Positions 29,534 through 38,670 are shown, counted from the first letter of the stretch. The stretch: DNA of 64,000 nt from Gaiellales bacterium (GCA_003599855.1 QZKG01000070.1:5698-69697), one strand, 5' to 3'. Translations and numbers: made by a program. The notes: a model not told the origin generated them from the letters alone.

Positions 29534-30016
29534 ATGAGAATGAAGCATGTATCTTTACTGACAGTCGTTTTCCTGGTGGCCGCTGCTGTCGCCGCCGGAA
29601 CGGTCAGCGCATGCCTGCTTGCGAATCTGACGCTGACCCCCAACAGCGGTCCTGCCGGCACAATGGTGACAGCTGAAAGCACCGGCGGTACCCCTGACAC
29701 AGCCTACAATCTTTACTGGGATGGGGCCTTGATCGCTTCCGGAACAAGCGATTCAGGAGGCAATGGCACCGCTTCCTTCATGGTGCCCGCGGACGCGTCG
29801 GTGGGCGGACACCTGGTCGAGTACGAGGAGGGCCAGACAGTGATGTGTTCGGCAGGATTCACCGTGACGGCTGCCACGGCGGACACGGGCGTCCAGCCGG
29901 ACGCTTACGTCTCTGTATCGAGCCTGCCGGCTACCGGGCTGGTGCTGCTGGTACCTGCCGCTGGCCTGGCTCTTGCCGGTGCGGGCCTGTGGTACCGGCG
30001 CAGGCGCGATCGATAG
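29534..30016 (+). CDS. Small LPxTG (LPATG) cell-wall-anchored protein with one Ig-like domain
   Basis: Signal peptide, LTLTPNSGPAG, LPATG, TM helix and RRRRDR tail. AGGAGG RBS. Confidence 0.8.
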   Translation: MRMKHVSLLTVVFLVAAAVAAGTVSACLLANLTLTPNSGPAGTMVTAESTGGTPDTAYNLYWDGALIASGTSDSGGNGTASFMVPADASVGGHLVEYEEGQTVMCSAGFTVTAATADTGVQPDAYVSVSSLPATGLVLLVPAAGLALAGAGLWYRRRRDR

Positions 30017-30138
30017 CGCAACCGTGATCAGTCAGCGGTGTGGCTGTAACAACGCCTGTCTTAAGGGCAGTGCCCTCTGAATCCTTCATCGATGGCAGTA
30101 TTCTAAAACGCTGATGCCAACTCCGATATAATGACCGC

Positions 30139-32091
30139 ATGAACGGATCCAGTACACATACAGTCACTTTCCAGCCCGGCGACATCGTCTGTGAGGGCGT
30201 GCCCCACGGCGCCAACCTGCTGCGCGTCGCCCTGCTGGAGGGAGTGCACATCAACGCCTCCTGCGGCGGTACCGGCGGCTGCGGCAAGTGCAGGGTACGC
30301 ATCGTCGAGGGCAAGTACGAGGGAGGCAAGTCGGCCAAACTCTCGGACGAGGACTACGAGGCGGACCTGAGGCTCGCCTGCCGGGTCACCATCCTCGGCG
30401 ACCTGGAGGTGCAGATTCCGGAAGAGTCGCGCATGGGCGACGCCGTGGCGCTGACCCACGAACGGCGCCCCGGTCCGGGGCGGGTGCTCACCGCCCAGGA
30501 CCTGGAGCAGCTGGTGGAGGGCTGGAGCGTCGACCCGGTGGTCAAGAAATACGCCTTGAAGCTCGATGAGCCCGACGCCGCCAACAACATCAACGACCTC
30601 GACCGTCTGAAGCTGGCCCTCAAGGCCCAGCACGGCATCGGGGACGTCTCGGTGGATTTCCATGCGATCCGCGACCTGCCGACGGCGCTCCGCTATCAGG
30701 ACTGGTCGGTGACGGTGACCGTGGTTGAGACCGCCCGCGGCCCCAAGGTCATCCAGGTTTCCCCGGGCGACCTGACCTCCCAGGACTACTCCATAGTGCT
30801 CGACATCGGGACTACGAGCATCTACGCGCAGCTCTTGGACCTGAACCGGGGGGAGACCGTCGCCCAGGCGTCGGACTACAACGGCCAGATAAGTTTCGGT
30901 GACGACGTCATCACCCGTATCGTCCGCTCCCAGAAGCCCGGGGGGCGCAAGGAGCTGCAGCAGGCGGTGGTGACCACCATCAGCGGCGTCATCGAGAAGG
31001 TGCTGGAGAAGAGCGGCATCGACCGTTGCCAGGTATCCCACATGGTCGCCGCCGGCAACACCACCATGACCCATCTGCTGCTGGGGGTGGACCCGAAGGA
31101 GATCAGGATAGCTCCGTACGTCCCGGCAGCCGCTTTCCTGCCGCCGGTGCGGGCCGCCGACCTGGGCATCGACGTCTGCGACCATGTTCATCTCTATACT
31201 TTTCCCTGCGTTTCGAGTTATGTCGGGGGCGACATCGTCAGCGGCATCATCGGCTCGGGCATCTTCCAGACCGACAAGGTGACCCTCTACGTCGACATCG
31301 GCACCAACGGCGAGGCGGTGGTGGGGAACCGGGAATGGCTGGTGGCGACCTCCTGCTCGGCGGGCCCCGCCTTCGAGGGCGGCGGCATCAAGCACGGCAT
31401 GCGAGCGACCCGGGGCGCCATCGAGGCGGTGCAGGTGGACCCGGCCACGGGTGAGCCCAACATCCTCACCATCGGCGGCAAGAAGCCGCTGGGCATCTGC
31501 GGCTCCGGCATCATCGACGCCGTCGCCGAGCTGCTGGAGGCGGGCTACCTGGAGCAGAACGGCAAGTTCAACCGCGACCGGGCGGGGGAGTGGCTCAGGG
31601 AGGACGAGGACGGCCTCTGGGAATACGTGCTGGTCAAGGAGGAGTTCACCGCCAGCGGCATCCAGGACATCGTCATCACTGAGCCGGACGTGGACAACCT
31701 GATGCGGGCCAAGGGCGCCATCTTCGCCGGCATCACCACGCTGCTCAACAGCGTCGGCATGGACCTGGAAGCGGTGGAGCAGATCTATATCGCCGGCGGT
31801 TTCGGCAAGTACCTGCAGATCGACCGGGCCGCGGCCATCGGCCTCTTCCCGGAGATGGACCCGGAGAAGTTCACTTTCGTCGGCAACGGCTCGCTGCTGG
31901 GGGCGCGGCTGGTGTCCTTCTCCAAGGACATGCTGGAGGCGGGCGAAGAGGCGGCCAGGATGATGACCAACGTCGAGCTGTCCGACAACCAGTTCTTCAT
32001 GGATGAGTACATGGCATCGCTCTTCTTCCCCCACACGGACATGAAGTGGTTCCCGCGCATGGCGGAGATACTGGGGAAGATGGAGCATTAG
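30139..32091 (+). CDS. acsV: Reductive activator of corrinoid protein (RACo/AcsV; 2Fe-2S plus ASKHA ATPase, DUF4445)
   Basis: CGGTGGCGKC...RLAC, DIGTT, DIGTNGE, GPAFEG, GICGSG and AGGFG. Confidence 0.92.
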   Translation: MNGSSTHTVTFQPGDIVCEGVPHGANLLRVALLEGVHINASCGGTGGCGKCRVRIVEGKYEGGKSAKLSDEDYEADLRLACRVTILGDLEVQIPEESRMGDAVALTHERRPGPGRVLTAQDLEQLVEGWSVDPVVKKYALKLDEPDAANNINDLDRLKLALKAQHGIGDVSVDFHAIRDLPTALRYQDWSVTVTVVETARGPKVIQVSPGDLTSQDYSIVLDIGTTSIYAQLLDLNRGETVAQASDYNGQISFGDDVITRIVRSQKPGGRKELQQAVVTTISGVIEKVLEKSGIDRCQVSHMVAAGNTTMTHLLLGVDPKEIRIAPYVPAAAFLPPVRAADLGIDVCDHVHLYTFPCVSSYVGGDIVSGIIGSGIFQTDKVTLYVDIGTNGEAVVGNREWLVATSCSAGPAFEGGGIKHGMRATRGAIEAVQVDPATGEPNILTIGGKKPLGICGSGIIDAVAELLEAGYLEQNGKFNRDRAGEWLREDEDGLWEYVLVKEEFTASGIQDIVITEPDVDNLMRAKGAIFAGITTLLNSVGMDLEAVEQIYIAGGFGKYLQIDRAAAIGLFPEMDPEKFTFVGNGSLLGARLVSFSKDMLEAGEEAARMMTNVELSDNQFFMDEYMASLFFPHTDMKWFPRMAEILGKMEH

Positions 32092-32195
32092 CAGTATTGT
32101 CACTCTGGGGAGCCGCGGGCGACAAAGGGTCCGGTTGACCGAAAGCAGGAATCCTTCGCTTCGCTCGGGGACAATCAGACAGGAGGGAAGAACTC

Positions 32196-32957
32196 ATGGC
32201 GACGGTGGCTGTGGCAGGCAAGGGGGGGACGGGGAAGACGACGATAGCTTCCCTGGCGGTCAGGTATCTCATCAGCAAGGGCGAGACGCCGGTGCTGGTG
32301 GTGGACGCCGACCCGAACGCCAACATGGGCCAGACCCTGGGCATCCCGGTGCCCATAACCGTGGGCGCCGCCCGCGAACAGGGCTTCGCCGGCGACCGCG
32401 ACATCCCCGGCGGCATGACCAAGGACCAGTATGTCGAGTACAAGATGCAGGAGGCGCTGGCCGAGGGCGACGGCTTCGACCTGCTCACCATGGGCCGGCC
32501 CGAGGGCGCAGGCTGCTACTGTTTTGCCAACAACATCATCCGCCGCTACATGGACGAGCTGGCGGGCGATTACCCCCATGTGATCATGGATAACGAGGCG
32601 GGACTGGAGCATCTCTCGCGGCGCACCACCCGCAGGACCGACGTGCTGCTGGTGGTATCCGACGCGGGCGTGCGCGGGCTGGGGGCCGCCCGCAATGTCC
32701 TCGACCTGGCCGCGGAGATGAAGGTGGACGTCGGCGAGTACATGTTCGTGCTCAACCGCGCCACCCCCGAAGCAGCCGCAGCGCTCATGCCGGAGATCGA
32801 GCGGCTGGAGCTGCCGCTGGTGGCAACCGTCCCCGAGGACGCCGGCCTCTTCGACGCAGAGGTCGCCGGCAGATCGCTGATCGGGATGCCGGAAGGCTCT
32901 CCCGCTGTTGACGGCACCACACCCCTTTTTGATAAGATTTTCGCTGCGCAAACCTAG
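32196..32957 (+). CDS. cooC: CooC/AcsF nickel-insertion ATPase
   Basis: AGKGGTGKTT, DADP, GCYC and DNEAGLEHLSR. Confidence 0.92.
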   Translation: MATVAVAGKGGTGKTTIASLAVRYLISKGETPVLVVDADPNANMGQTLGIPVPITVGAAREQGFAGDRDIPGGMTKDQYVEYKMQEALAEGDGFDLLTMGRPEGAGCYCFANNIIRRYMDELAGDYPHVIMDNEAGLEHLSRRTTRRTDVLLVVSDAGVRGLGAARNVLDLAAEMKVDVGEYMFVLNRATPEAAAALMPEIERLELPLVATVPEDAGLFDAEVAGRSLIGMPEGSPAVDGTTPLFDKIFAAQT

Positions 32958-32959
32958 GG

Positions 32960-33124
32960 GGGACGTTGTTTCCTAAGTTTCCTAAGGCACGTGCAATCTC
33001 ATAGGGACGTTGTTTCCTGAGTTTCCTATCAGCAGGAATGCATCAATCTCAGCTGAAAATGTGTGTCCAGATTATTGCAAGCTGCTTTGTGGATCATTTT
33101 AGGAAACATAGGAAACAACGTCCC
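32960..33124. repeat. REP/MITE-like element: three copies of a 25-bp unit (two direct, one inverted)
   Basis: GGGACGTTGTTTCCTnnGTTTCCTA at 32960-32984 (+), 33004-33028 (+) and 33100-33124 (-). Confidence 0.85.
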
Positions 33125-33156
33125 CTAGTGTTAACCGGATGGGAAAGGAATGAATC

Positions 33157-34008
33157 ATGGCAGCAGAGGTAATCGATGGCAAGCAGATATCCGCGGACAT
33201 CCGCGCCGAGGTAGCCGAGGAGACGAAGAAGCTGATCGCCGGGAAGGGCGTGACACCGGGGCTGGCGGTGGTGCTGGTGGGCGAGGACCCGGCATCCCAG
33301 GTCTACGTCAACAACAAGGAGAAGGCCTGCCAGGAGATCGGCTTCAACTCCTTCAAGCACGTGCTGCCCGCCGACACCAGCGAGGACGACCTGATGAAGC
33401 TGGTTGATGAGCTCAACGGCCGTGACGACGTCCACGGCATCCTCGTGCAGCTGCCCCTACCGGACCATATCAACGAGGAACGGGTGCTCCTGAACATAGA
33501 CCCGGACAAGGATGTGGACGGGTTCCACCCCATGAGCGTCGGCAAGCTGGTCGTGGGCGCCGAGACCTTCGTCGCCTGCACCCCCGCCGGCGTCATCGAA
33601 CTGCTCAAGCGCAGCGGCGCCGAGCTTGAGGGAGCCAACGCCGTGGTCGTCGGCCGCAGCAACATCGTCGGCAAGCCGGCGGCGCTGCTACTGCTCTCCG
33701 AGAACTGCACGGTGACCGTCTGCCATTCCCGCACGAAGGACCTGGGCGCCGTGACCCGCGCGGCTGACGTGCTGGTGGTGGCCGTGGGAGTGCCCGAGAT
33801 GATAAAGGGCGACATGGTCAAGGAGGGGGCGACGGTCATCGACGTGGGCATCCACCGCACCGACGACGGCCTGGTGGGCGACGTTGCCTACGAGGAGGCG
33901 GCCGCGAAGGCCCGCGCCATCACGCCGGTGCCCGGAGGCGTCGGTCCCATGACCATCGCCATGCTGATGAGGAACACGCTGGAGGCGGCGCGGCGGAAGG
34001 CTTCATAG
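33157..34008 (+). CDS. folD: Bifunctional methylene-THF dehydrogenase/cyclohydrolase
   Basis: [30 protein letters not shown] and [11 protein letters not shown]. Confidence 0.97.
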   Translation: MAAEVIDGKQISADIRAEVAEETKKLIAGKGVTPGLAVVLVGEDPASQVYVNNKEKACQEIGFNSFKHVLPADTSEDDLMKLVDELNGRDDVHGILVQLPLPDHINEERVLLNIDPDKDVDGFHPMSVGKLVVGAETFVACTPAGVIELLKRSGAELEGANAVVVGRSNIVGKPAALLLLSENCTVTVCHSRTKDLGAVTRAADVLVVAVGVPEMIKGDMVKEGATVIDVGIHRTDDGLVGDVAYEEAAAKARAITPVPGGVGPMTIAMLMRNTLEAARRKAS

Positions 34009-34160
34009 ATCGGCCAAGGAACAACATCTGATGCCTACCCCGGGAGCTGATGCCGGGACGCCGTTTGTGAGAATGCGCTTTCATTCCAGGGACGGCAGAC
34101 GTATGATGCGTTTGTGCTCAAGTAGAGCCGATATCATGCATCTTGAAAGAGGAGGGAGAG

Positions 34161-34745
34161 ATGGCTGAAAGCGGTTGGCTTAGAGTGGGATGGACGACCC
34201 TTTCGTTGCTGCTGTCCGCCGTCATCGGGCTGGTCCTTCCGGCAGCGGCTTTTGCCCAGACGCCGCCGCCCGGAGAATGCAACGGCGAGATGTCGCTCCA
34301 CGGCACCTACACGCTCACGCCTGACTCCGGCCCGGCTGGCAGTACCGTGGCATTGAACGGCTCATTCCCCTTGTTCACCGGCATCCAGGATGCCACTCAG
34401 ATCATGGGGCCGCCGCTGGAGGCCTGGTGGTTCACGGGGCCGGGCGACGCCACTTTCCTGGGCGAGCTGCCCACCGACTTCAATGAGGTGGACACGGCCT
34501 ATGTCAGCGGCAACATCACGATACCGGCAGGCGCGGCCCCGGGCCCCCATAACGTGGCGCTGGACATCGCCGGCGGCACCGACCCCGATTGCGTAGTCTT
34601 CACCGTGACCGAGCCGGTTCAGGCGGATGCATATCCTCAGACTGGTGCGAACCGGCTGCCCGATACAGGATACGCCCCATTATTGCCGCTGGCGGGAGCA
34701 GCCGCGGCGGGTGCGTTGCTGACGGCCTGGAGGCGTCGTTCGTAG
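34161..34745 (+). CDS. Small LPxTG (LPDTG) cell-wall-anchored protein, paralog of 29534-30016
   Basis: Signal peptide, YTLTPDSGPAG, VQADAY, LPDTG, TM helix and RRRS tail. Confidence 0.8.
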   Translation: MAESGWLRVGWTTLSLLLSAVIGLVLPAAAFAQTPPPGECNGEMSLHGTYTLTPDSGPAGSTVALNGSFPLFTGIQDATQIMGPPLEAWWFTGPGDATFLGELPTDFNEVDTAYVSGNITIPAGAAPGPHNVALDIAGGTDPDCVVFTVTEPVQADAYPQTGANRLPDTGYAPLLPLAGAAAAGALLTAWRRRS

Positions 34746-34778
34746 GACCTTCATGCCGGCCCGCTCCGTCATCGCCGG

Positions 34779-35108
34779 TTAACGCTTCAGGTAAGAGACT
34801 ACTTCCTCGCCCGGGTTGGCCAGGCCCGCGATCTTCCAGGCTGACAGCGGGTCGATGAACTCCTCGTTGACGCACTCCTGGGGCTGGTGCACGTTCTTGC
34901 AGACGGCATTGAGGATAGGGAATGAATGGTAGTTCTTGTAGTACGAGCGCATGAAATTGATGACATCCATCATGTCGCCGGTGAGCTCCCCGACCCCTTC
35001 ATTCTCGGAAATGGCCCGGGCCACGTCCTCGTTCCAGTTTTCCGGTTCTGCAAGATATCCGTCATCGTCGATGGCTACACTTACACCCTGGTATTCGATC
35101 ACTGCCAT
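34779..35108 (-). CDS. TusE/DsrC/DsvC-family protein lacking the C-terminal cysteines
   Basis: DDDGYL..PENWNEDVA, VINFMRSYY and AWKIAGLANP. AGGAGG RBS. Confidence 0.8.
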   Translation of the reverse strand: MAVIEYQGVSVAIDDDGYLAEPENWNEDVARAISENEGVGELTGDMMDVINFMRSYYKNYHSFPILNAVCKNVHQPQECVNEEFIDPLSAWKIAGLANPGEEVVSYLKR

Positions 35109-35144
35109 GGTATCCTCCTGTCCTGACTCTCTTTCCGACGCTCT

Positions 35145-35408
35145 CTACTTGCCGGCGATCTCGTTTTCCAGGTCGCGAATGTACTGCTCCACGAGCACAC
35201 CCAGGTAGATGCACTGGGTTCCGTCCATGCAGGCATCCGCGTCCTTCCTGTCGAGGAAGGCATAACGGGTGTGTCCGCTCTTCTCAAAATTTATCACCCA
35301 GGCGTCCCGCTCCTCGTCGAATGACAGGCTCAGGTGGATACCGCTCGCGGAGATCTCCGGGTACATCTCCATCAGCTTGTCCTCGAGAGCGACCAGTGTA
35401 TAACCCAT
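35145..35408 (-). CDS. Small hypothetical protein co-transcribed with the DsrC-like gene
   Basis: AGGAGG RBS before ATG 35408. Contains DADACMDGTQCIYLG. Confidence 0.7.
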   Translation of the reverse strand: MGYTLVALEDKLMEMYPEISASGIHLSLSFDEERDAWVINFEKSGHTRYAFLDRKDADACMDGTQCIYLGVLVEQYIRDLENEIAGK

Positions 35409-35548
35409 CTTCAACCTCCTGTTCGTCTTGCCGGCAGAGCGCCGGCCGGATATGCTTCATACATCCCCCCAAAGCGCGAATATTAAGCATTTACCGGGCC
35501 TGGGCGAGGGTGGCGGAAAAAGAAGACATGACTAATCCGGTTTGCTTA

Positions 35549-35578
35549 TTGACGCTGGCCGTAAAAGGGTGGTATGAT
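35549..35578 (+). promoter_or_regulatory. Sigma70 promoter of the acs operon
   Basis: TTGACG-N18-TATGAT with an extended -10 TG. Confidence 0.75.
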
Positions 35579-35582
35579 GCAT

Positions 35583-35720
35583 CCTTATTAAGAGCTTGTG
35601 AAAAAATGTACAGGTTGCGGAAACCTGTACTGGCGGGAATGTTGGCATGACCGGTATGGAGCTCGCCAGGGCCGATCCGGTCAGTCGCTCTTGATAAGGG
35701 AATTTCGGAAGTCAAATCCC
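35583..35720 (+). ncRNA. Candidate structured 5' leader RNA of the acs operon
   Basis: 13-bp closing stem 35583-35595/35687-35699 enclosing hairpins 35608-35630 and 35648-35683. Confidence 0.45.
35596..35613 (+). promoter_or_regulatory. Putative Rex operator upstream of acsD
   Basis: TTGTGAA-AAAA-TGTACAG has a perfect left half-site and lies downstream of the predicted +1. Confidence 0.55.
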
Positions 35721-35741
35721 AAAGCGAAGGAGAGGGTAGTC

Positions 35742-36701
35742 TTGTCATTCACAGCCCCGATAGAGAAGACAAAAGGACAGATCCGCGAAGTCGAGATCGG
35801 AAGCAGCAGCAAGGTGGGGGGAGAGTCCACCTTCCCGTTCCACCTCTGGGAGGGGGAAATGCCCAACTCCCCGATGGTCGCCATGGAGGTCTACGACGAG
35901 CCCCAGCCGGAATGGCCCGAGGCGGTGCGCAAGGTATACGAAGATGTGATGGACGACCCTGTGGCCTGGGCGAAGAAGTGCCAGGATGAGTTCGGCGCCG
36001 ACGCCATCGTGCTGCAGCTCAGGAGCACCGACCCCAACGGCACAGACGCATCCCCGGAAGCGGCGGCGGAGACCGTGAAAAAGGTGGCTGAGGCTATCTC
36101 CATACCGCTCCTGGTCAACGGCACCGGCTCGCCGGACAAGGACGCCGAGGTGCTCAAGAAGGTCGCCGAGGCCATGCCGGATAGGAACATCCCCATCGGC
36201 CCTGTCGATGACGCCAACCACCGTCTCATAGGGGCCGCGGCCATGGGTTACAAGAAGCCAGTGGTGGCTTTCACCTCCATGGACGTGAACCTGGCCAAGC
36301 AGCTCAACGTGCTGCTCTCCCAGCTGGGCGTCCCCGAGGACAAGATCATCATGGATCCCACTACGGGAGCCCTGGGATACGGACTCGAGTATTGCTATTC
36401 TATTATGGAAAGGGACAGGCTGGCTGCGCTTGTGCAGAACGACGGCAAGATGCAGATGCCGATCCTCAACAACCTGGCGCCCGAGACCTGGAAAGCGAAG
36501 GAGTCAAGGGTCACCGAAGCAGAAGAACCCACCTACGGCGACGTAGAGACCAGGGGCATCCTCTGGGAGGCTATCACCGCTACCGCGTTGCTGCTGTCCG
36601 GCACAGACATCCTGGTAATGCGCCATCCGCAGGCTGTAGAGCTTGTGCGCTCGGCCATCGATGGGCTGCAGGCCCAAGCTAAGGAGAAAATCGCATCATG
36701 A
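35742..36701 (+). CDS. acsD: Corrinoid Fe-S protein small subunit (AcsD/CdhD)
   Basis: KVGGE..PF, DPVAWAKK, DVNLAKQLN, ALGYGLEY and ILVMRHP. GGAG RBS before TTG 35742. Confidence 0.93.
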   Translation: MSFTAPIEKTKGQIREVEIGSSSKVGGESTFPFHLWEGEMPNSPMVAMEVYDEPQPEWPEAVRKVYEDVMDDPVAWAKKCQDEFGADAIVLQLRSTDPNGTDASPEAAAETVKKVAEAISIPLLVNGTGSPDKDAEVLKKVAEAMPDRNIPIGPVDDANHRLIGAAAMGYKKPVVAFTSMDVNLAKQLNVLLSQLGVPEDKIIMDPTTGALGYGLEYCYSIMERDRLAALVQNDGKMQMPILNNLAPETWKAKESRVTEAEEPTYGDVETRGILWEAITATALLLSGTDILVMRHPQAVELVRSAIDGLQAQAKEKIAS

Positions 36702-38662
36702 GTGAAGAAAAAGCCAAGAAGAAAAAGGACGAGACGCCGCGAGTCCATAGTATCGACCCGGCAGCCGTCGAAGTTCTGAAGAAGGCTGAAGACGAGGGCA
36801 TCAGCACCGTCTTCTCCCGCGTGGAGGAGATGAAACAGTGCCCCATCGGAGCCGCAGGGTCATGCTGCGCTTACTGCGCCATGGGGCCCTGCCGCCTGGT
36901 GGGCAAGGGCGCCGAGGAGAAGACCGGCATCTGCGGCGCGACCCACGGCACCATCGGCGCCCGCTTCATCCTGAGGGCGTGTGCCACGGGCACCTCTGCC
37001 CATGCCGACCACGGCCGCGACATAGCCCAGACCCTCAAGGCGGTCTCCGAGGGGCGCGCCACCAGTTATTCGATCCGCGACCCGGAGAAACTGATGAAGG
37101 TGGCGGGCTACATGGGCGTTCCCACCGAAGGCAGGGAGATCCTCGAGATCGCCGGGGATGTCGCCGACATCGCGCTGGCGAATTACAACGGGACCGTGGC
37201 AGGCGGCGAGTTGACCTATGCCGCCCGCGCGATCGGGAAACGTCAGGAGCTCTGGCGCAAGACGAAGCTGATGCCCCGCGGCATCGACCGCGAGGTCGTG
37301 GAGAGCATGCACCGGACCCACGTGGGCGTCGACCAGGACGCCGAGCACCTGCTGGACCAGGCTATGCGCGTGTCTCTCTCCGACGGCTGGGGCGGCGCCA
37401 TGCTGGCGACCGACCTGTCCGACGTGCTGTTCGGCACGCCTGAGCCGCTCACTTCGAAGGCGAACCTGGGTGTACTGAGGACGGATGAGGTTAATATCAT
37501 CGTCCACGGCCACGAGCCGACCCTGTCGGAGATGATCGTGGCGGCGTCCCAGGACCCCGAGCTCATCGAATACGCCAGGAGCAAGGGCGCCCAGGGCATC
37601 AACCTCGCCGGCATCTGCTGTACCGCCAACGAGGTCCTGATGCGGCACGGCATCTCGCCTGCCGGCAACTTCCTCCACCAGGAGCTGGCTATCATCACCG
37701 GCGCCGTGGAGGCGATGGTGGTGGACGTCCAGTGCGTCATGCAGGCGCTGCAGCCGCTGGCCGAGAAGTACCACACGAAACTGATAACCACCTCTCCCAA
37801 GGCCAAGATACCCGGAGCGACCCATGTCGAGTTCGACGAGGAGCACGCCCTGGATATCGCCAAGGAGATCGTGAAGATGGCAGTCGACAACTACGAGAAG
37901 CGCGGCGAGACGGCCATCCCGGAACATACCGGCGACATGATCGCCGGGTTCTCCCACGAGTATATCGAGTACATGCTGGGCGGCCGCTACCGCGCCTCGT
38001 TCCGGCCCTTGAACGACAACATCATCAACGGCAAGATCCAGGGCGCGGTGGCCATCGTCGGCTGCAACAACCCCCGCGTGACCCAGGACGAGGGCATCAC
38101 CTGGCTCATCAAGGAGCTGATCAAGCGCGACGTGCTGGTGGTAGTCACGGGCTGCGCCGCCCATGCGGCGGGCAAGCATAGCCTGATGATCCCCGAGATG
38201 ATGGAGAACGCCGGCCCCGGCCTGCGGGAGGTGTGCGAGGCGGTGGGCATGCCGCCGGTGCTGCACCTGGGGAGCTGCGTGGATAATTCGCGCATCCTCA
38301 CCATCCTCACGCACGTCGTCGAGGAAGGCGGCCTGGGCGAGGACATCTCCGACCTGCCCGCAGCGGCGATCTGCCCCGAGTACTACTGTGACAAGGCCAT
38401 CGCCATCGGCACTTACGCGGCGGCTTCGGGCGCCTACGTGGTGTTCGGCGTGCGCTCGCCCATCGAGGACTGCTCCGAGGTGACCGAGCTGATGACGACC
38501 GGTTGGGAAGAGAAGGTCGGCGGCCAGCTGCTCTGGGAGCCGGAGAAGGAAAAGATACTGGAAAAGGTCTGGAACCGCATCCAGGAGAAGCGGGAAGCGC
38601 TCGGCATCAACGAGGAAAAAGAGCGTGTGCTGCTTGACATGGCCGCCAGGCGAGAGTTGTAG
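36698..38662 (+). CDS. cooS: Anaerobic Ni-CO dehydrogenase catalytic subunit (CooS/AcsA)
   Basis: CPIG...CCAYCAMGPC...ICG (D/B clusters). C-cluster ligands HGHEP, GICCT, DVQC, GCNN, GCA and GSCVDN. Confidence 0.97.
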   Translation: MSEEKAKKKKDETPRVHSIDPAAVEVLKKAEDEGISTVFSRVEEMKQCPIGAAGSCCAYCAMGPCRLVGKGAEEKTGICGATHGTIGARFILRACATGTSAHADHGRDIAQTLKAVSEGRATSYSIRDPEKLMKVAGYMGVPTEGREILEIAGDVADIALANYNGTVAGGELTYAARAIGKRQELWRKTKLMPRGIDREVVESMHRTHVGVDQDAEHLLDQAMRVSLSDGWGGAMLATDLSDVLFGTPEPLTSKANLGVLRTDEVNIIVHGHEPTLSEMIVAASQDPELIEYARSKGAQGINLAGICCTANEVLMRHGISPAGNFLHQELAIITGAVEAMVVDVQCVMQALQPLAEKYHTKLITTSPKAKIPGATHVEFDEEHALDIAKEIVKMAVDNYEKRGETAIPEHTGDMIAGFSHEYIEYMLGGRYRASFRPLNDNIINGKIQGAVAIVGCNNPRVTQDEGITWLIKELIKRDVLVVVTGCAAHAAGKHSLMIPEMMENAGPGLREVCEAVGMPPVLHLGSCVDNSRILTILTHVVEEGGLGEDISDLPAAAICPEYYCDKAIAIGTYAAASGAYVVFGVRSPIEDCSEVTELMTTGWEEKVGGQLLWEPEKEKILEKVWNRIQEKREALGINEEKERVLLDMAARREL

Positions 38663-38670
38663 GAGGAGAC

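Noticed and set aside
29534..29620. Lipoprotein call from VSA-C in the LPATG protein
   Set aside because: The paralog has an equivalent Cys away from any lipobox and both have a second Cys, so a disulfide is more likely.
32960..33124. Mini-CRISPR array
   Set aside because: Only three units, one inverted, with unequal spacing and no cas genes.
35583..35699. SAM-I riboswitch call for the acs leader (starts CUUAUUAAGAG, ends GAUAAG)
   Set aside because: The kink-turn P2 and GCAAC/GUGC P3 core are missing, and AAGAG pairs into P1. Kept only as an unassigned structured leader.
35598..35741. Cys-rich N-terminal extension of AcsD (MKKCTGC...) from the ORF track
   Set aside because: It has no RBS and overlaps the operator and leader. 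The real start is more likely TTG 35742 after GGAG.
38375..38410. Inactive CODH suggested by PEYYCDKA versus the usual EWMSEKA
   Set aside because: The catalytic Lys and all cluster ligands are retained, so this is ordinary divergence.
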